A DNA stretch of 64,000 nucleotides, taken from positions 17,422,001 through 17,486,000 of the forward strand of contig OZ024762.1 in the NCBI GenBank assembly GCA_964016885.1, read 5' to 3'. Position 1 is the stretch's first letter; the number at the start of each line of letters is the position of its first letter. This DNA comes from Eledone cirrhosa. Its lineage: Eukaryota. Below the pieces are notes generated by a model. It did no database searches and was not told the origin of the DNA. It worked only from the letters and a program-made list of their open reading frames with translations. Of this stretch, positions 24,338 through 38,759 are shown in pieces. The translations under genes were made by a program, and so were the position numbers.

Positions 24338-26640
24338 GGTTAAATACTTGCTCAGAGAGGAACAGACCCACTTTATCATGTATTTGACCATGGTGCTTGT
24401 TGATTGTCATGGCATATGACAGTCTTAATGGAAACTGGGGTCTTTCCAAAGTAAAAGGGATGTTGGCACCACTGGGAGCTAACTTCAGTCTTGGGATCAA
24501 AACACACCTGCCCATCAAAGGACCATAGATATGAGAAGCTTCGATAAAATGTTTATGCAGTTCCACTACTTCTAATCTTGTGCCATTACATAATCTGTTC
24601 TGGATTGAAATATTCCATAGAAGCATTATTATTGATCCTGCTTTTAATTGGAGTTTGTGAGGCGGCATCCCAGAAGGTGTAAGCAAGTTCAGAAGTTCAT
24701 TTAGCTTGAACCAGGCAGCAAGGGTAGTGTCTCGGTGTCCCTGTATTTCTACTGCAACCTGAGCATTGCCTCTTTGAAAGTAAACTCTGTTTGTTCTCCA
24801 GGTGTGTGTCTAGTTTGTATACTGTATGTGATGTACCATGAAGCTTAAATTCCGAGAGACACGACACTGCTTCTGGCTGAGACACATACCTGCAACAAAG
24901 ATAGGTTCTTATTTCATCATGGTTGTGTTGGTTCTGAGCCTTATTAGGTAATGCATTATTCGTTACTTCTATAGTTGTACAATCATGCCCCATGTAACAT
25001 ATTTAAAGAGGTACTTGACACTTTTTACAGAAGGGCAAGCTTCAACATTAATATGTGCACAATATTTCTTAAGCAAAAAGGCATTAAATGGCACAACCTT
25101 CCTGTTATCTACTGAATGTCATCCAATTTACACTGCAGTTCCTGTACTCTGGGTATCCATTTAGGTTCAATAATGTTTCCCTTCTGTAGGTTTATGGATA
25201 GTTCTTTTGGAAAAATCCATTTTGTATAAATGGGGAAAAAGGGTTTCCAGAACCACATGGCCCGTGGATCATAAACTTTTAAACCTGCTCATGTAGTACT
25301 GGATCATCTTCCAATGCAGGTATTTCTGCTGACACGATTCTGTCAATGTCTTCTCTGTTTCTTATCTTGCCTTCATTTCTTAAGGCTCAGTGTTATCATC
25401 TGTTTAGATAATTCATTAAACCATTATACTCATCCACTCACAATTGGGCTTGATTGTTCCTCAAATATTGAAGCCTGCATCCCTCTACTTTCATATAGGC
25501 ATCCACTAAATACTGCTAAAATAATTTACCTGCCCTATATATCGCACTAAATCCTCCTCTATATGCTATACAGTATATGTAATACTCCTGCATTGTCAGT
25601 CTATTGCAAACACAGGTCCTGCATTCCTCTCCATGTCACTATGCCACCAAAATTCACCATTATGGGTCGGTCATGAATTATGTGGTATTTTCTGAGGAGG
25701 ATGGTCTTTAGGAAAGATGATAATATCTCTTTGTACAGGTGGTGTGCCCTCAATCCCCCACAAAACAACAGCTATCATTACTAGTTGGTAAATTATCGCA
25801 GCTCATATCTGATCCTCTTTTAAATCTTAATTCACAGTTCTGTACACGACAATTTCCTCTTCTTGCACTTTGCTGTTTGATGCCATGCATTGTATTGTAC
25901 ACTTCGACATATGGATTACATTCATGCAACACCTCTCTTATCATAGTCATTTTTTGTGGTGAGCAGTCATTATTTGTTGGCACTAGGGCAGTGGATTGGC
26001 AGTATCGGTAGAGCGTCAGACACCATGCTTTGCAGCATAGGGTTATGGCCCATTACGTTCTGGGTCCAAATCCCTCCAAGGTGGACTTTGTTTTCATCCT
26101 TAGGTCGATAAATAAAGTACCAGCAATACACTGGAGTAATTGCTGACCTTGTGCCAGTAACAATTATTTGGTGGTACTTCCAATCTGTGCTACACAGCTT
26201 CATTCCCATCAATAATATATAACTGGCCATATTGTGGTGTATTTTCTGCAGGTTACAGAGGTGGGGGTGTAGTGATATGTTTGACCCTGAATATGAAAGC
26301 TATACGGGCCTCTGCCGGGTGGTAAGGCAAGTTTAACACGAAATGAAGTGAAATAAATGTAGTTTTAATTGCAGATGTTTCTGTGAAATCAACTGCTTCT
26401 TGGCCTCTTTCAAAGAGATTTCTCAGTCTCTCAGGGTATATTTGTAATGGAGGCATCACAACCTTTCCTTTATTACAACAGTTACAATTTTCATTTCTAA
26501 ATTTCAAAGCTCCACAGTGATCACACGAAACATTCATATCACTAATATGAAATTCTTCTACATTTCCATTAATATTAATTGTTGGCCAATTTCTCTTACG
26601 ACGCTCATTATCCATTCTTCTCTGTCTGAATGTTTTCCAT
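24338..26640 (-). mobile_element. internally deleted, degenerate Helitron Rep/Hel (unit 1)
   Basis: N-terminal M...CDHCGALKF..E...CC..GKV zinc motif, LHECNPYV, Rep motifs and PIF1 C-terminus; many stops; SINE inserted at ~25985-26170. Confidence 0.9.
25985..26170 (+). mobile_element. tRNA-derived SINE nested in the Helitron (each unit)
   Basis: TGGCAGTATCGGTAGAGCG head and TTCATCCTT..GGTCGATAAATAAAGTACCAG..GACCTTGTGCCA body, homologous to 255-437. Confidence 0.75.
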
Positions 26641-26829
26641 TCTGTTGTTTATTATGTAATTAAATAGCTCTGTACAATACAGAGAGCGCTCTTCTTTTCT
26701 TTACCTTTTCTATGGAAATACAAGAACAAACACATATATATATATATGTATATAAATAAACAAGACTGTTATTTCTCCAACCTGTCTATTTACCTTCGAT
26801 AACTAAATATAAATACACCTATACCATAC

Positions 26830-27195
26830 ATACATATACAATATTTGTTTTTGATGCCGTGGTATAGCAGAGATAAGAAAGAAGAGAAAAGAAAATGAAA
26901 AGGAGAAAAAAAAAGAAGTAAGAAGTCGGGGGAGGGACAGACACTTCACCCCAGTTTAAGTGGTCCCTCAGCCGCAACTCGTGGAAGAAACATAAAAGCG
27001 TTACCTCGGAGCAAGGCCAGAGACACCTGCTACAATAGTCGCCCTTCCTCGCGAGGCTCCTGCCGTCTTTCCTCCCGACTTTATGGAGGAAATCAGCAGT
27101 ACGGGGACCAAGTATGGCAGAGGTCTCAATGGAGTGGAAGAGGTGAGTCAGGCCTCGGTACTGTCTTACTCTCCTCTGCATTGCGGGGTGTGGAG
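26830..27195 (-). mobile_element. second CRE-like fragment, 3' end of ORF plus UTR (each full unit)
   Basis: Y.GLTHLFHSIETSAILGPRTADFLHKVGR ... QVSLALLRGNA, the CRE C-terminal pattern (SVA.QRGNA). Confidence 0.65.
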
Positions 27196-28870
27196 CCTAG
27201 GATTGTGGCTGTAGCTATATTTGAACTTTTATATGAAATTTCAGTTTTATATTTTTCACATCTTAAAACTTAATCTTAGTCTTTTGCAGCTCATCTTGTT
27301 TCATCTCGCAGCACACGATTTGGGAACCACTGCTCTAGAGATAGAAAAAGTATATTTTATGCAGGGTTTCCCTGAGACATAAAAACTATTTCAAGAGATC
27401 GACATGGGTAGAAAGGTTGAGAAATGCTGCACAATGTTCTTTGGGTTTTGTTCACCTTTAAATAATCATGTATAAAATATCGGGTGTGCAAGATTTCATG
27501 AAAAGGTATAACATTATTTATGCTGATCTTGCAGGGACTAGCTCCAATTGAGAGTTGTACCAATTCCCACTAAACTCGAAACTCCTGGACAATATATACA
27601 TATCTTTATAAGTTCCTGTGTATTGTGTCGCTGTATAATGAAACATAAATATATACCATGCATGTCAGTCAGATTTGAACTCACTATATTTGGCGTTTTA
27701 TAGATATAATTTGTTTGTGAAAAGAATTGATTAAATAATAACTAAATAAAATTAATTCTACAATCCTGGATAGGGAATGAACTTATAACTTCATAATAGA
27801 AACCATCTATTCGAGCAGTATTGCCACCAGGTTACTTACAGAACTTCATTCAAATATAAAGTATAAAATATATGTCAGACAGTGAGTTCGAATCTAACTG
27901 ATTAGTTGCCAACAGTTTAAATCGCCAACCGGTAGGTGATATCGACTAGGTTGGGAAAACTTGGTTAAGTAGCTCCAGTTATTGCTACGTTAGACATATT
28001 CAAGACTTATCGACACTGAATGGAAGAAAGGTAAAGTTGAACTCAGAGTAAAGAACTGGAAAAATACTGCAAAGAATTCTATCGGATGTTCTAACAATTC
28101 TACCAAATTACCTTATGTATATATATTTATATCTGGAGATAAGAAGAAAACTGAAAGAAAGAAAAAAAAAAAAAAAATGAAACATTATATGTAACCCAGG
28201 ATTGAAACCGAAACCAGGACCCCCACCATCTCTGGTATCACCCACCAGACCACCATGAAAGATACAAAAATCTGCTTTTTTAATATTTATAAGCCTACTT
28301 TCAATATTAAAGTAATTAACATGTGGTGTTGTTCATGCCTTTCTCTATGTTATTGGTAAAAAATAAAGTATTTAAACCTCAAATTTTGTTATTCAAATAT
28401 GCTTGCTTATGTAATTATTAATGTCGCAGAATACACACGCATATATAGATGTGAAAATATTCAGGACCCCAACGGCTGTGCTATTGCCGTTTCGACATCT
28501 ATATATATATCTTTTAGTCCTAGGCTCTTTCAGTGCAGAAAGAATTCTCCAATGATCACAACCAGCTAATGGTGCCCAGTGGAAGCACTTTAGTCTAATT
28601 ATAACCCCAACGATCACGACTAGCGGCGGCTTTTTCGAGTCTGAGGTTGACTGCCAGATATATATATATATATATTGTTATACTTTGCTAGAATCCCGGA
28701 GAACAACAGAAAGATGCTGAGTTCAGAGTATAAAAAACAATAGAAAGAAGGGCATAAATAAATATATATCAGTGGTTTAAAACCTTCTCTGCACCATGTC
28801 CCACCACGACATTTAAAATATGTTTATATCCCCCCTTTAATATAAAAACAATCCGAGTCTTGTAAAAGTG

Positions 28871-29597
28871 TTATTACTGTAATATAAAGTAGAAACTGTT
28901 TATTTAAACAAAGCTGCGATGCAGCGATCATCAAAGCAAACCCCAAAATGTCAACAAACTTCTCGCAGGTGCTGCCAGATACACGATAACGTGTATACGA
29001 AGTGTAACAGGGAGTTGGGTCGTATTATATCACTTTCAAATTGACCCCTATTATATTCAAATTATCCCCTGTGGGGCGTGCACCCCACGTTGAGAATCCC
29101 TCATAAATAAATATATGTGAGTGTGTTGCTATGACTGCTATTTCTAGCAGGTTTATTGCAGTCCTGTAGACGCACACCAAAAACCGGAAGTGGCAGCCAT
29201 TAAAAAACTTTGGCTTAAAATCAGGCAAAAGTTTTTTAACAATTTGCCAAGAAAGATAACTCTTGTCTTACTTAATCGCAAAAATCGAGGCAAAAATTTT
29301 GCGGGTGTGCAGTTTGTTTGGTGTATTTGACTGCTTTTTCTAACATATATGGAAACTTTAGAAATAGCAGCGAAACACGGAAAACATAAGAAAGAAGGAC
29401 ACACACGTATATATATATATATTTAATTATGTATCTGTATATATATATATATACATATATATATGCACAGATATATATACATTTAAATATTTATATATAT
29501 ATACACGCGCGCACACACACCTATACGTAGATATGGGTGTGTGTATAGCTGGTATATATATATATATATATATATATGTATGGGTGAGTGTATAGCT

Positions 29598-29673
<76 letters not shown>

Positions 29674-30193
29674 GGTGTGTGTCCTTCTTTCTGCTGTCTT
29701 CCGTTTTTCGCTGCTATTTCTAAAGTGTCCATACATGCTAGAATTAGCAGTCAAATACACCAAACAAACTGCACACCCGCAAAATTTTTGCCTCGATTTT
29801 TGCGATTAAGTAAGACAAGAGTTATCTTTCTTGGCAAATTGTTAAAAAACTTTTGCCTGATTTTAAGCCAAACTTTTTTAATGGCTGCCACTTCCGGTTT
29901 TTGTTGTGCGTCTACAGGACTGCAGTAAACCTGCTAGAAATAGCAGTCATGCAACACACTCACATATATTTATTTATGAGGGATTCTCAACGTGGGGTGC
30001 ACGCCCCACAGGGGATAATTTGAATATAATAGGGGTCAACTTGAAAGTGATATAATACGACCAAGCTTCCAGATACACTTCGTATACACATGTTATCGTG
30101 TATCTGGCAGCACCTACGAGAAGTTTGTTTTGATCATCGCTGCATCGCATCTTTGTTTAAATAAGGGGTTTCTACTTTATATTACAGTAATAA
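28871..30193. repeat. long inverted repeat (unit 2)
   Basis: As in unit 1. Confidence 0.92.
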
Positions 30194-30333
30194 ATGTTTT
30201 ACTTCGTCTACACATGTTATCGTGTATCCGGCAGCACCTATGGGCTGTTTGTTTACCGTTTGGTGTTTAATTTGATTATCGCTTCATAGCAGGTTTGTTT
30301 AATTAAAGGTTGCGAGGGGGATCACTGATATAA

Positions 30334-30366
<33 letters not shown>

Positions 30367-32671
30367 ACGCAAAGACACACACATATATATACATACACGC
30401 AGACATACACCTGTGTGTATGTGTATGTGCGTGTCTTTGGTTGCTCTCTCTATATATATATCTCTCTCTCTCTCTCTTTCTCTCTGTGTATATATATACA
30501 GACACACACTGTTGTTTCCTGATTTTTAGTGCTGTTTCTAAAGTGTCTATTAATATATGCTAGAAATAGCAGTCAAGGGAACATTTACGTATATATATGT
30601 AAGGGCAGTGACACCTGCTGCAACAACCATCCAACCTCGTGGGACTCCATCCTCAGACGGGCCACAGACACTCCGATGTTGCGGAGGAGCTCGGCTGTAA
30701 TGGGTCCAAGTTGACCTGGGGTCTCGACGGCGGCTGGTGCGTATAGAAGAGGCTCCAGGACAAACACCGGAATTTGTTTATTTTATGTTCATGTGCGAGA
30801 CGGGCAGCGATGCTGGGGTTTGTGGATCTACCTCCTTCGAATGGGAAGAGGGTGATTCCCTCGGGGTGCTTGCCATCTCCGCGGCCTAGGCCTGCTCGCT
30901 CCTGTTGAGATGGAAAGTCAGCTGCGTCTAGGCTTCTTCTCATTATGTCGTTGAGAGCATTTATGTGGCTCACACACGCGGAGGCCAAGGCTTTGGGCTA
31001 CTCCGATGCGAGTTCACTCATCATCAAGAATTTATTTGAATTTGAAAGGTCACTAAACTAATATAGGAGTGTGATTTAAAAATAAGGTAAACAGAAATAG
31101 TTACACCGGTAACATAATTACTGCTACACCGGTAGTTCACTAACAAATCATTTCACGTTCGTCTCTAACAGGTAATATTTTAATTTGCTCTCCATGTTTG
31201 GGAGTAACTGTAGTTTGGCTTGCTAGGGGTCATACATCTTCATACACATACATATATACATATGCATATATATAATTATATGTAAATTCAGCTCCGTATT
31301 TAGGAAATGAGGCCTGTTCTAGTTACGAGGCCCCTTTCTTGGGCTCAGTAGGATGTAGGCTTGTTAAAATAATTCTTTCGGTAGGAAGATGGGCCCTTCT
31401 GTGTAGATTCCTTCCTTAATATTTCAGATAGGAGGGACCGTTTCTGTTGTCTTCCTTTAGTTGTTCATTCCTTATTTTCAGTAATGTCCTTTCCGACCAT
31501 AATTATGTCGGCGACGTAAGCATAAGTCTAATTTATTCTTTAATGAAGGGTAGATCCTTCGATAGTGGAGGCCCGTGGTCTTACGATCATATGTGTATTC
31601 GATTCCTGGACTGTGTTGTTAGTTGTTTTACTTGAGCAAAAACTTCATTCTACATAGGTGGGGGGTTAACCCTGCGATCGACTGACATCATGTCCAGGGG
31701 GAAGTCATGTACTCTCAGTCTCTTTACGCTACAGGAACTGGGACAGGCACCTGCTTGAGCTGACTTTACACTTTGGAAATCCTTAGATATTCTTCTTGGT
31801 GATATATTTGTTAGCTTTGACTTTAATTCATCTGTTTACACCACTAATAATTCATAGATAGAAAAACGTTTGTGGCTTTAGTACACCTTTAAGCTTTAAT
31901 TTCAATTACTGACTATGTCTAACGAAGTAATAACTGGAGTGACTAAACCAGGGTTTCCTAACCTGGTGATATCAACCACCGGTGGCTGATTTCAACTTGG
32001 TCTCTTCGGCCACAAACCCAGGTACCGCGGCCCACGAAGGAAAGGAAGATAAACAAATATCAGAGGATTGTCCGGCTTCTTCCACTTGGCACCTGTAGCC
32101 ACCATCACGTATAAGTATAAATATATATATATATATATACATATCTATCTATCTATCTATATATATATATATATCATCATTTTCATTTTACATCTGCTTT
32201 TCCCTGTTTGCAAGGGTGGGACATATATATATATATATATCATCCTCATTATACATCCACTTTTCCCTGCTTATAAGGGTGGGACAGATCCTCTTCAGCG
32301 CAGCATCTCTCCTTCACCATCTCCTCTGAGCTTCAACGATCTGAGGTCAGCTCTCACTACCTCTGCCCATATCTTCCTTGGTCTTCCTCTACTGCATATT
32401 CCTCCCACTGGGATTACTTGGCACTTCTTCACCCTGCGGTAATCCTGCATACGCATCGCATGGCCATACCAACGCAGTCTTTTCTCCCGCACACTGCAGT
32501 TTATCCTTCTTATAGAGTTTCACTTTCAACTCGTCCATACTTGGTCTTTCACGCACATTGACATTGCACATCCAATGGAGCATGCTTGCTTCATTTCTCT
32601 TCAGCCTTCGCATATCCTCTGCAGTTGCTGCCCATGTCTCACTACCATGCAACATTGTGCATCTCACACAG

Positions 32672-34977
32672 GGTTAAATACTTGCTCAGAGAGGAACAGA
32701 CCCACTTTATCATGTATTTGACCATGGTTCTTGTTGATTGTCATGGCATATGACAGTCTTAATGGAAACTGGGGTCTTTCCAAAGTAAAAAGGATGTTGG
32801 CACCACTGGGAGCTAACTTCAGTCTTGGGATCAAAACACACCTGCCCATCAAAGGACCATAGATATGAGAAGCTTCGATAAAATGTTTATGCAGTTCCAC
32901 TACTTCTAATCTTGTGCCATTACATAATCTGTTCTGGATTGAAATATTCCATAGAAGCATTATTATTGATCCTGCTTTTAATTGGAGTTTGTGAGGCGGC
33001 ATCCCAGAAGGTGTAAGCAAGTTCAGAAGTTCATTTAGCTTGAACCAGGCAGCAAGGGTAGTGTCTCGGTGTCCCTGTATTTCTACTGCAACCTGAGCAT
33101 TGCCTCTTTGAAAGTAAACTCTGTTTGTTCTCCAGCTGTGTGTCTAGTTTGTATACTGTATGTGATGTACCATGAAGCTTAAATTCCGAGAGACACGACA
33201 CTGCTTCTGGCTGAGACACATACCTGCAACAAAGATAGGTTCTTATTTCATCATGGTTGTGTTGGTTCTGAGCCTTATTAGGTAATGCATTATTCGTTAC
33301 TTCTATAGTTGTACAATCATGCCCCATGTAACATATTTAAAGAGGTACTTGACACTTTTTACAGAAGGGCAAGCTTCAACATTAATATGTGCACAATATT
33401 TCTTAAGCAAAAAGGCATTAAATGGCACAACCTTCCTGTTATCTACTGAATGTCATCCAATTTACACTGCAGTTCCTGTACTCTGGGTATCCATTTAGGT
33501 TCAATAATGTTTCCCTTCTGTAGGTTTATGGATAGTTCTTTTGGAAAAATCCATTTTGTATAAATGGGGAAAAAGGGTTTCCAGAACCACATGGCCCGTG
33601 GATCATAAACTTTTAAACCTGCTCATGTAGTACTGGATCATCTTCCAATGCAGGTATTTCTGCTGACACGATTCTGTCAATGTCTTCTCTGTTTCTTATC
33701 TTGCCTTCATTTCTTAAGGCTCAGTGTTATCATCTGTTTAGATAATTCATTAAACCATTATACTCATCCACTCACAATTGGGCTTGATTGTTCCTCAAAT
33801 ATTGAAGCCTGCATCCCTCTACTTTCACATAGGCATCCATTAAATACTGCTAAAATAATTTACCTGCCCTATATATCGCACTAAATCCTCCTCTATATGC
33901 TATACAGTATATGTAATACTCCTGCATTGTCAGTCTATTGCAAACACAGGTCCTGCATTCCTCTCCATGTCACTATGCCACCAAAATTCACCATTATGGG
34001 TCGGTCATGAATTATGTGGTATTTTCTGAGGAGGATGGTCTTTAGGAAAGATGATAATATCTCTTTGTACAGGTGGTGTGCCCTCAATCCCCCACAAAAC
34101 AACAGCTATCATTACTAGTTGGTAAATTATCGCAGCTCATATCTGATCCTCTTTTAAATCTTAATTCACACTTCTGTACACGACAATTTCCTCTTCTTGC
34201 ACTTTGCTGTTTGATGCCATGCATTGTATTGTACACTTCGACATATGGATTACATTCATGCAACACCTCTCTTATCATAGTCATTTTTTGTGGTGAGCAG
34301 TCATTATTTGTTGGCACTAGGGCAGTGGATTGGCAGTATCGGTAGAGCGTCAGACACCATGCTTTGCAGCATAGGGTTATGGCCCATTACGTTCTGGGTC
34401 CAAATCCCTCCAAGGTTGACTTTGTTTTCATCCTTATGAGGTCGATAAATAAAGTACCAGTAATACACTGGAGTAATTGCTGACCTTGTGCCAGAAACAA
34501 TTATTTGGTGGTACTTCCAATCTGTGCTACACAGCTTCATTCCCATCAATAATATATAACTGGCCATATTGTGGTGTATTTTCTGCAGGTTACAGAGGTG
34601 GGGGTGTAGTGATATGTTTGACCCTGAATATGAAAGCTATACGGGCCTCTGCCGGGTGGTAAGGCAAGTTTAACACGAAATGAAGTGAAATGAATGTAGT
34701 TTTAATTGCAGATGTTTCTGTGAAATCAACTGCTTCCTGGCCTCTTTCAAAGAGATTTCTCAGTCTCTCAGGGTATATTTGTAATGGAGGCATCACAACC
34801 TTTCCTTTATTACAACAGTTACAATTTTCATTTCTAAATTTCAAAGCTCCACAGTGATCACACGAAACATTCATATCACTAATATGAAATTCTTCTACAT
34901 TTCCATTAATATTAATTGTTGGCCAATTTCTCTTACGACGCTCATTATCCATTCTTCTCTGTCTGAATGTTTTCCAT
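32672..34977 (-). mobile_element. degenerate Helitron Rep/Hel (unit 2)
   Basis: Copy of 24338-26640. Confidence 0.88.
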
Positions 34978-37211
34978 TCTGTTGTTTATTATGTAATTAA
35001 ATAGCTCTGTACAATACAGAGAGCGCTCTTCTTTTCTTTACCTTTTCTATGGAAATACAAGAACAAAGATATATATATATATATATATGTATATAAATAA
35101 ACAAGACTGTTATTTCTCCAACCTGTCTATTTACCTTCGATAACTAAATATAAATACACCTATACCATACATACATATACAATATTTGTTTTTGATGCCG
35201 TGGTATAGCAGAGATAAGCAAGAAGAGAAAAGAAAATGAAAAGGAGAAAAAAAAAGAAGTAAGAAGTCGGGGGAGGGACAGACACTTCACCCCAGTCTAA
35301 GTGGTCCCTCAGCCGCAACTCGTGGAAGAAATGTAAAAGCGTTACCTCGGAGCAAGGCCAGAGACACCTGCTACAATAGTCGCCCTTCCTCACGAGGCTC
35401 CTGCCGTCTTTCCTCCCGACTTTATGGAGGAAATCAGCAGTACGGGGACCAAGTATGGCAGAGGTCTCAATGGAGTGGAAGAAGTGAGTCAGGCCTCGGT
35501 ACTATCTTACTCTCCTCTGCATTGCGGGGTGTGGAGCCTAGGTTTGTGGCTGTAGCTATATTTGAACTTTTATATGAAATTTCAGTTTTATATTTTTCAC
35601 ATCTTAAAACTTAATCTTAGTCTTTTGCAGCTCATCTTGTTTCATCTCGCAGCACACGATTTGGGAACCACTGCTCTAGAGATAGAAAAAGTATATTTTA
35701 TGCAGGGTTTCCCTGAGACATAAAAACTATTTCAAGAGATCGACATGGGTAGAAAGGTTGAGAAATGCTGCACAATGTTCTTTGGGTTTTGTTCACCTTT
35801 AAATAATCATGTATAAAATATCGGGTGTGCAAGATTTCATGAAAAGGTATAACATTATTTATGCTGATCTTGCAGGGACTAGCTCCAATTGAGAGTTGTA
35901 CCAATTCCCACTAAACTCGAAACTCCTGGACAATATATACATATCTTTATAAGTTCCTGTGTATTGTGTCGCTGTATAATGAAACATAAATATATACCAT
36001 GCATGTCAGTCAGATTTGAACTCACTATATTTGGCGTTTTATAGATATAATTTGTTTGTTAAAAGAATTGATTAAATAATAACTAAATAAAATTAATTCT
36101 ACAATCCTGGATAGGGAATGAACTTATAACTTCATAATAGAAACCATCTATTCGAGCAGTATTGCCACCAGGTTACTTACAGAACTTCATTCAAATATAA
36201 AGTATAAAATATATGTCAGACAGTGAGTTCGAATCTAACTGATTAGTTGCCAACAGTTTAAATCGCCAACCGGTAGGTGATATCGACTAGGTTGGGAAAA
36301 CTTGGTTAAGTAGCTCCAGTTATTGCTACGTTAGACATATTCAAGACTTATCGAGACCGAATGGAAGAAAGGTAAAGTTGAAATCAGAGCAAAGAACTGG
36401 AAAAATACTGCAAAGAATTCTATCGGATGTTCTAACAATTCTACCAAATTACCTTATGTATATATATTTATATCTGGAGATAAGAAGAAAACTGAAAGAA
36501 AGAAAAAAAAAAAAAAAATGAAACTTTATATGTAACCCAGGATTGAAACCGAAACCAGGACCTCCACCATCTCTGGTATCACCCACCAGACCACCATGAA
36601 AGATACAAAAATCTGCTTTTTTAATATTTATAAGCCTACTTTCAATATTAAAGTAATTAACATGTGGTGTTGTTCATGCCTTTCTCTATGTTATTGGTAA
36701 AAAATAAAGTATTTAAACCTGAAATTTTGTTATTCAAATATGCTTGCTTATGTAATTATTAATGTCGCAGAATACACACGCATATATAGATGTGAAAATA
36801 TTCAGGACCCCAACGGCTGTGCTATTGCCGTTTCGACATCTATATATATATCTTTTAGTCCTAGGCTCTTTCAGCGCAGAAAGAATTCTCCAATGATTAC
36901 AACCAGCTAATGGTGCCCAGTGGAAGCACTTTAGTCTAATTATAACCCCAACGATCACGACTAGCGGCGGCTTTTTCGAGTCTGAGGTTGACTGCCAGAT
37001 ATATATATATATATATTGTTATACTTTGCTAGAATCCCGGAGAACAACAGAAAGATGCTGAGTTCAGAGTATAAAAAACAATAGAAAGAAGGGCATAAAT
37101 AAATATATATCAGTGGTTTAAAACCTTCTCTGCACCATGTCCCACCACGACATTTAAAATATGTTTATATCCCCCCTTTAATATAAAAACAATCCGAGTC
37201 TTGTAAAAGTG

Positions 37212-37927
37212 TTATTACTGTAATATAAAGTAGAAACTGTTTATTTAAACAAAGCTGCGATGCAGCGATCATCAAAGCAAACCCCAAAATGTCAACAAAC
37301 TTCTCGCAGGTGCTGCCAGATACACGATAACGTGTATACGAAGTGTAACAGGGAGTTGGGTCGTATTATATCACTTTCAAATTGACCCCTATTATATTCA
37401 AATTATCCCCTGTGGGGCGTGCACCCCACGTTGAGAATCCCTCATAAATAAATATATGTGAGTGTGTTGCTATGACTGCTATTTCTAGCAGGTTTACTGC
37501 AGTCCTGTAGACGCACACCAAAAACCGGAAGTGGCAGCCATTAAAAAACTTTGGCTTAAAATCAGGCAAAAGTTTTTTAACAATTTGCCAAGAAAGATAA
37601 CTCTTGTCTTACTTAATCGCAAAAATCGAGGCAAAAAATTTTGCGGGTGTGCAGTTTGTTTGGTGTAATTAACTGCTATTTCTAGCATATATGGACACTT
37701 TAGAAATAGCAGCGAAACACGGGAAACATAAGAAAGAAGGACACACACGTATATATATATATAATTATGTATCTGTATATATATATATATACATATATAT
37801 ATGCACAGATATATATACATTTAAATATATATATATATATATATACACGCGCGCACACACACCTATACGTAGATATGGGTGTGTGTATAGCTGGTATATA
37901 TATATATGTATGGGTCAGTGTATAGCT

Positions 37928-38003
<76 letters not shown>

Positions 38004-38539
38004 TGTGTGTCCTTCTTTCTGCTGTTTTCCGTTTTTCGCTGCTATTTCTAAAGTGTCCATCATGCTAGAAATAGCAGTTAAATACACCAAACAAACTGCA
38101 CACCCGCAAAATTTTTGCCTCGATTTTTGCGATTAAGTAAGACAAGAGTTATCTTTCTTGGCAAATTGTTAAAAAACTTTTGCCTGATTTTAAGCCAAAG
38201 TTTTTTAATGGCTGCCACTTCCGGTTTTTGGTGTGCGTCTACAGGACTGCAGTAAACCTGCTAGAAATAGCAGTCATAGCAACACACTCACATATATTTA
38301 TTTATGAGGGATTCTCAACGTGGGGTGCACGCCCCACAGGGGATAATTTGAATATAATAGGGGTCAATTTGAAAGTGATATAATACGACCAAGCTTCCAG
38401 ATACACTTCGTATACACATGTTATCGTGTATCTGGCAGCACCTACGAGAAGTTTGTTGACATTTTGAAGTTTGTTTTGATCATCGATGCATCGCAGCTTT
38501 GTTTAAATAAGGGGTTTCTACTTTATATTACAGTAATAA
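37212..38539. repeat. long inverted repeat (unit 3)
   Basis: As in unit 1, with more symmetric arms. Confidence 0.92.
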
Positions 38540-38679
38540 ATGTTTTACTTCGTCTACACGTGTTATCGTGTATCCGGCAGCACCTATGGGCTGTTTGTTT
38601 CCATTTTGGTGTTTAATTTGATCATCGCTTCAAAGCAGGTTTGTTTAATTAAAGGTTGCGAGGGGGATCACTGATATAA

Positions 38680-38759
<80 letters not shown>

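Larger units (their letters stand above)
18966..27267. repeat. array unit 1
   Basis: Starts ACTTAATCTTAGTCTTTTGCAGC; next copy at 27268. Confidence 0.9.
27268..35608. repeat. array unit 2
   Basis: Same content and order as unit 1. Confidence 0.9.

Noticed and set aside
24338-26640. Active autonomous Helitron driving the array
   Set aside because: Large internal deletions, stops, frameshifts, a SINE insertion and a C-terminus replaced by RTE sequence
18966-27267. Array as an rDNA, 5S, snRNA or histone gene repeat
   Set aside because: No recognisable 5S, U1, U2, U4, U5, U6, 18S/28S or histone sequence found by eye in the unit
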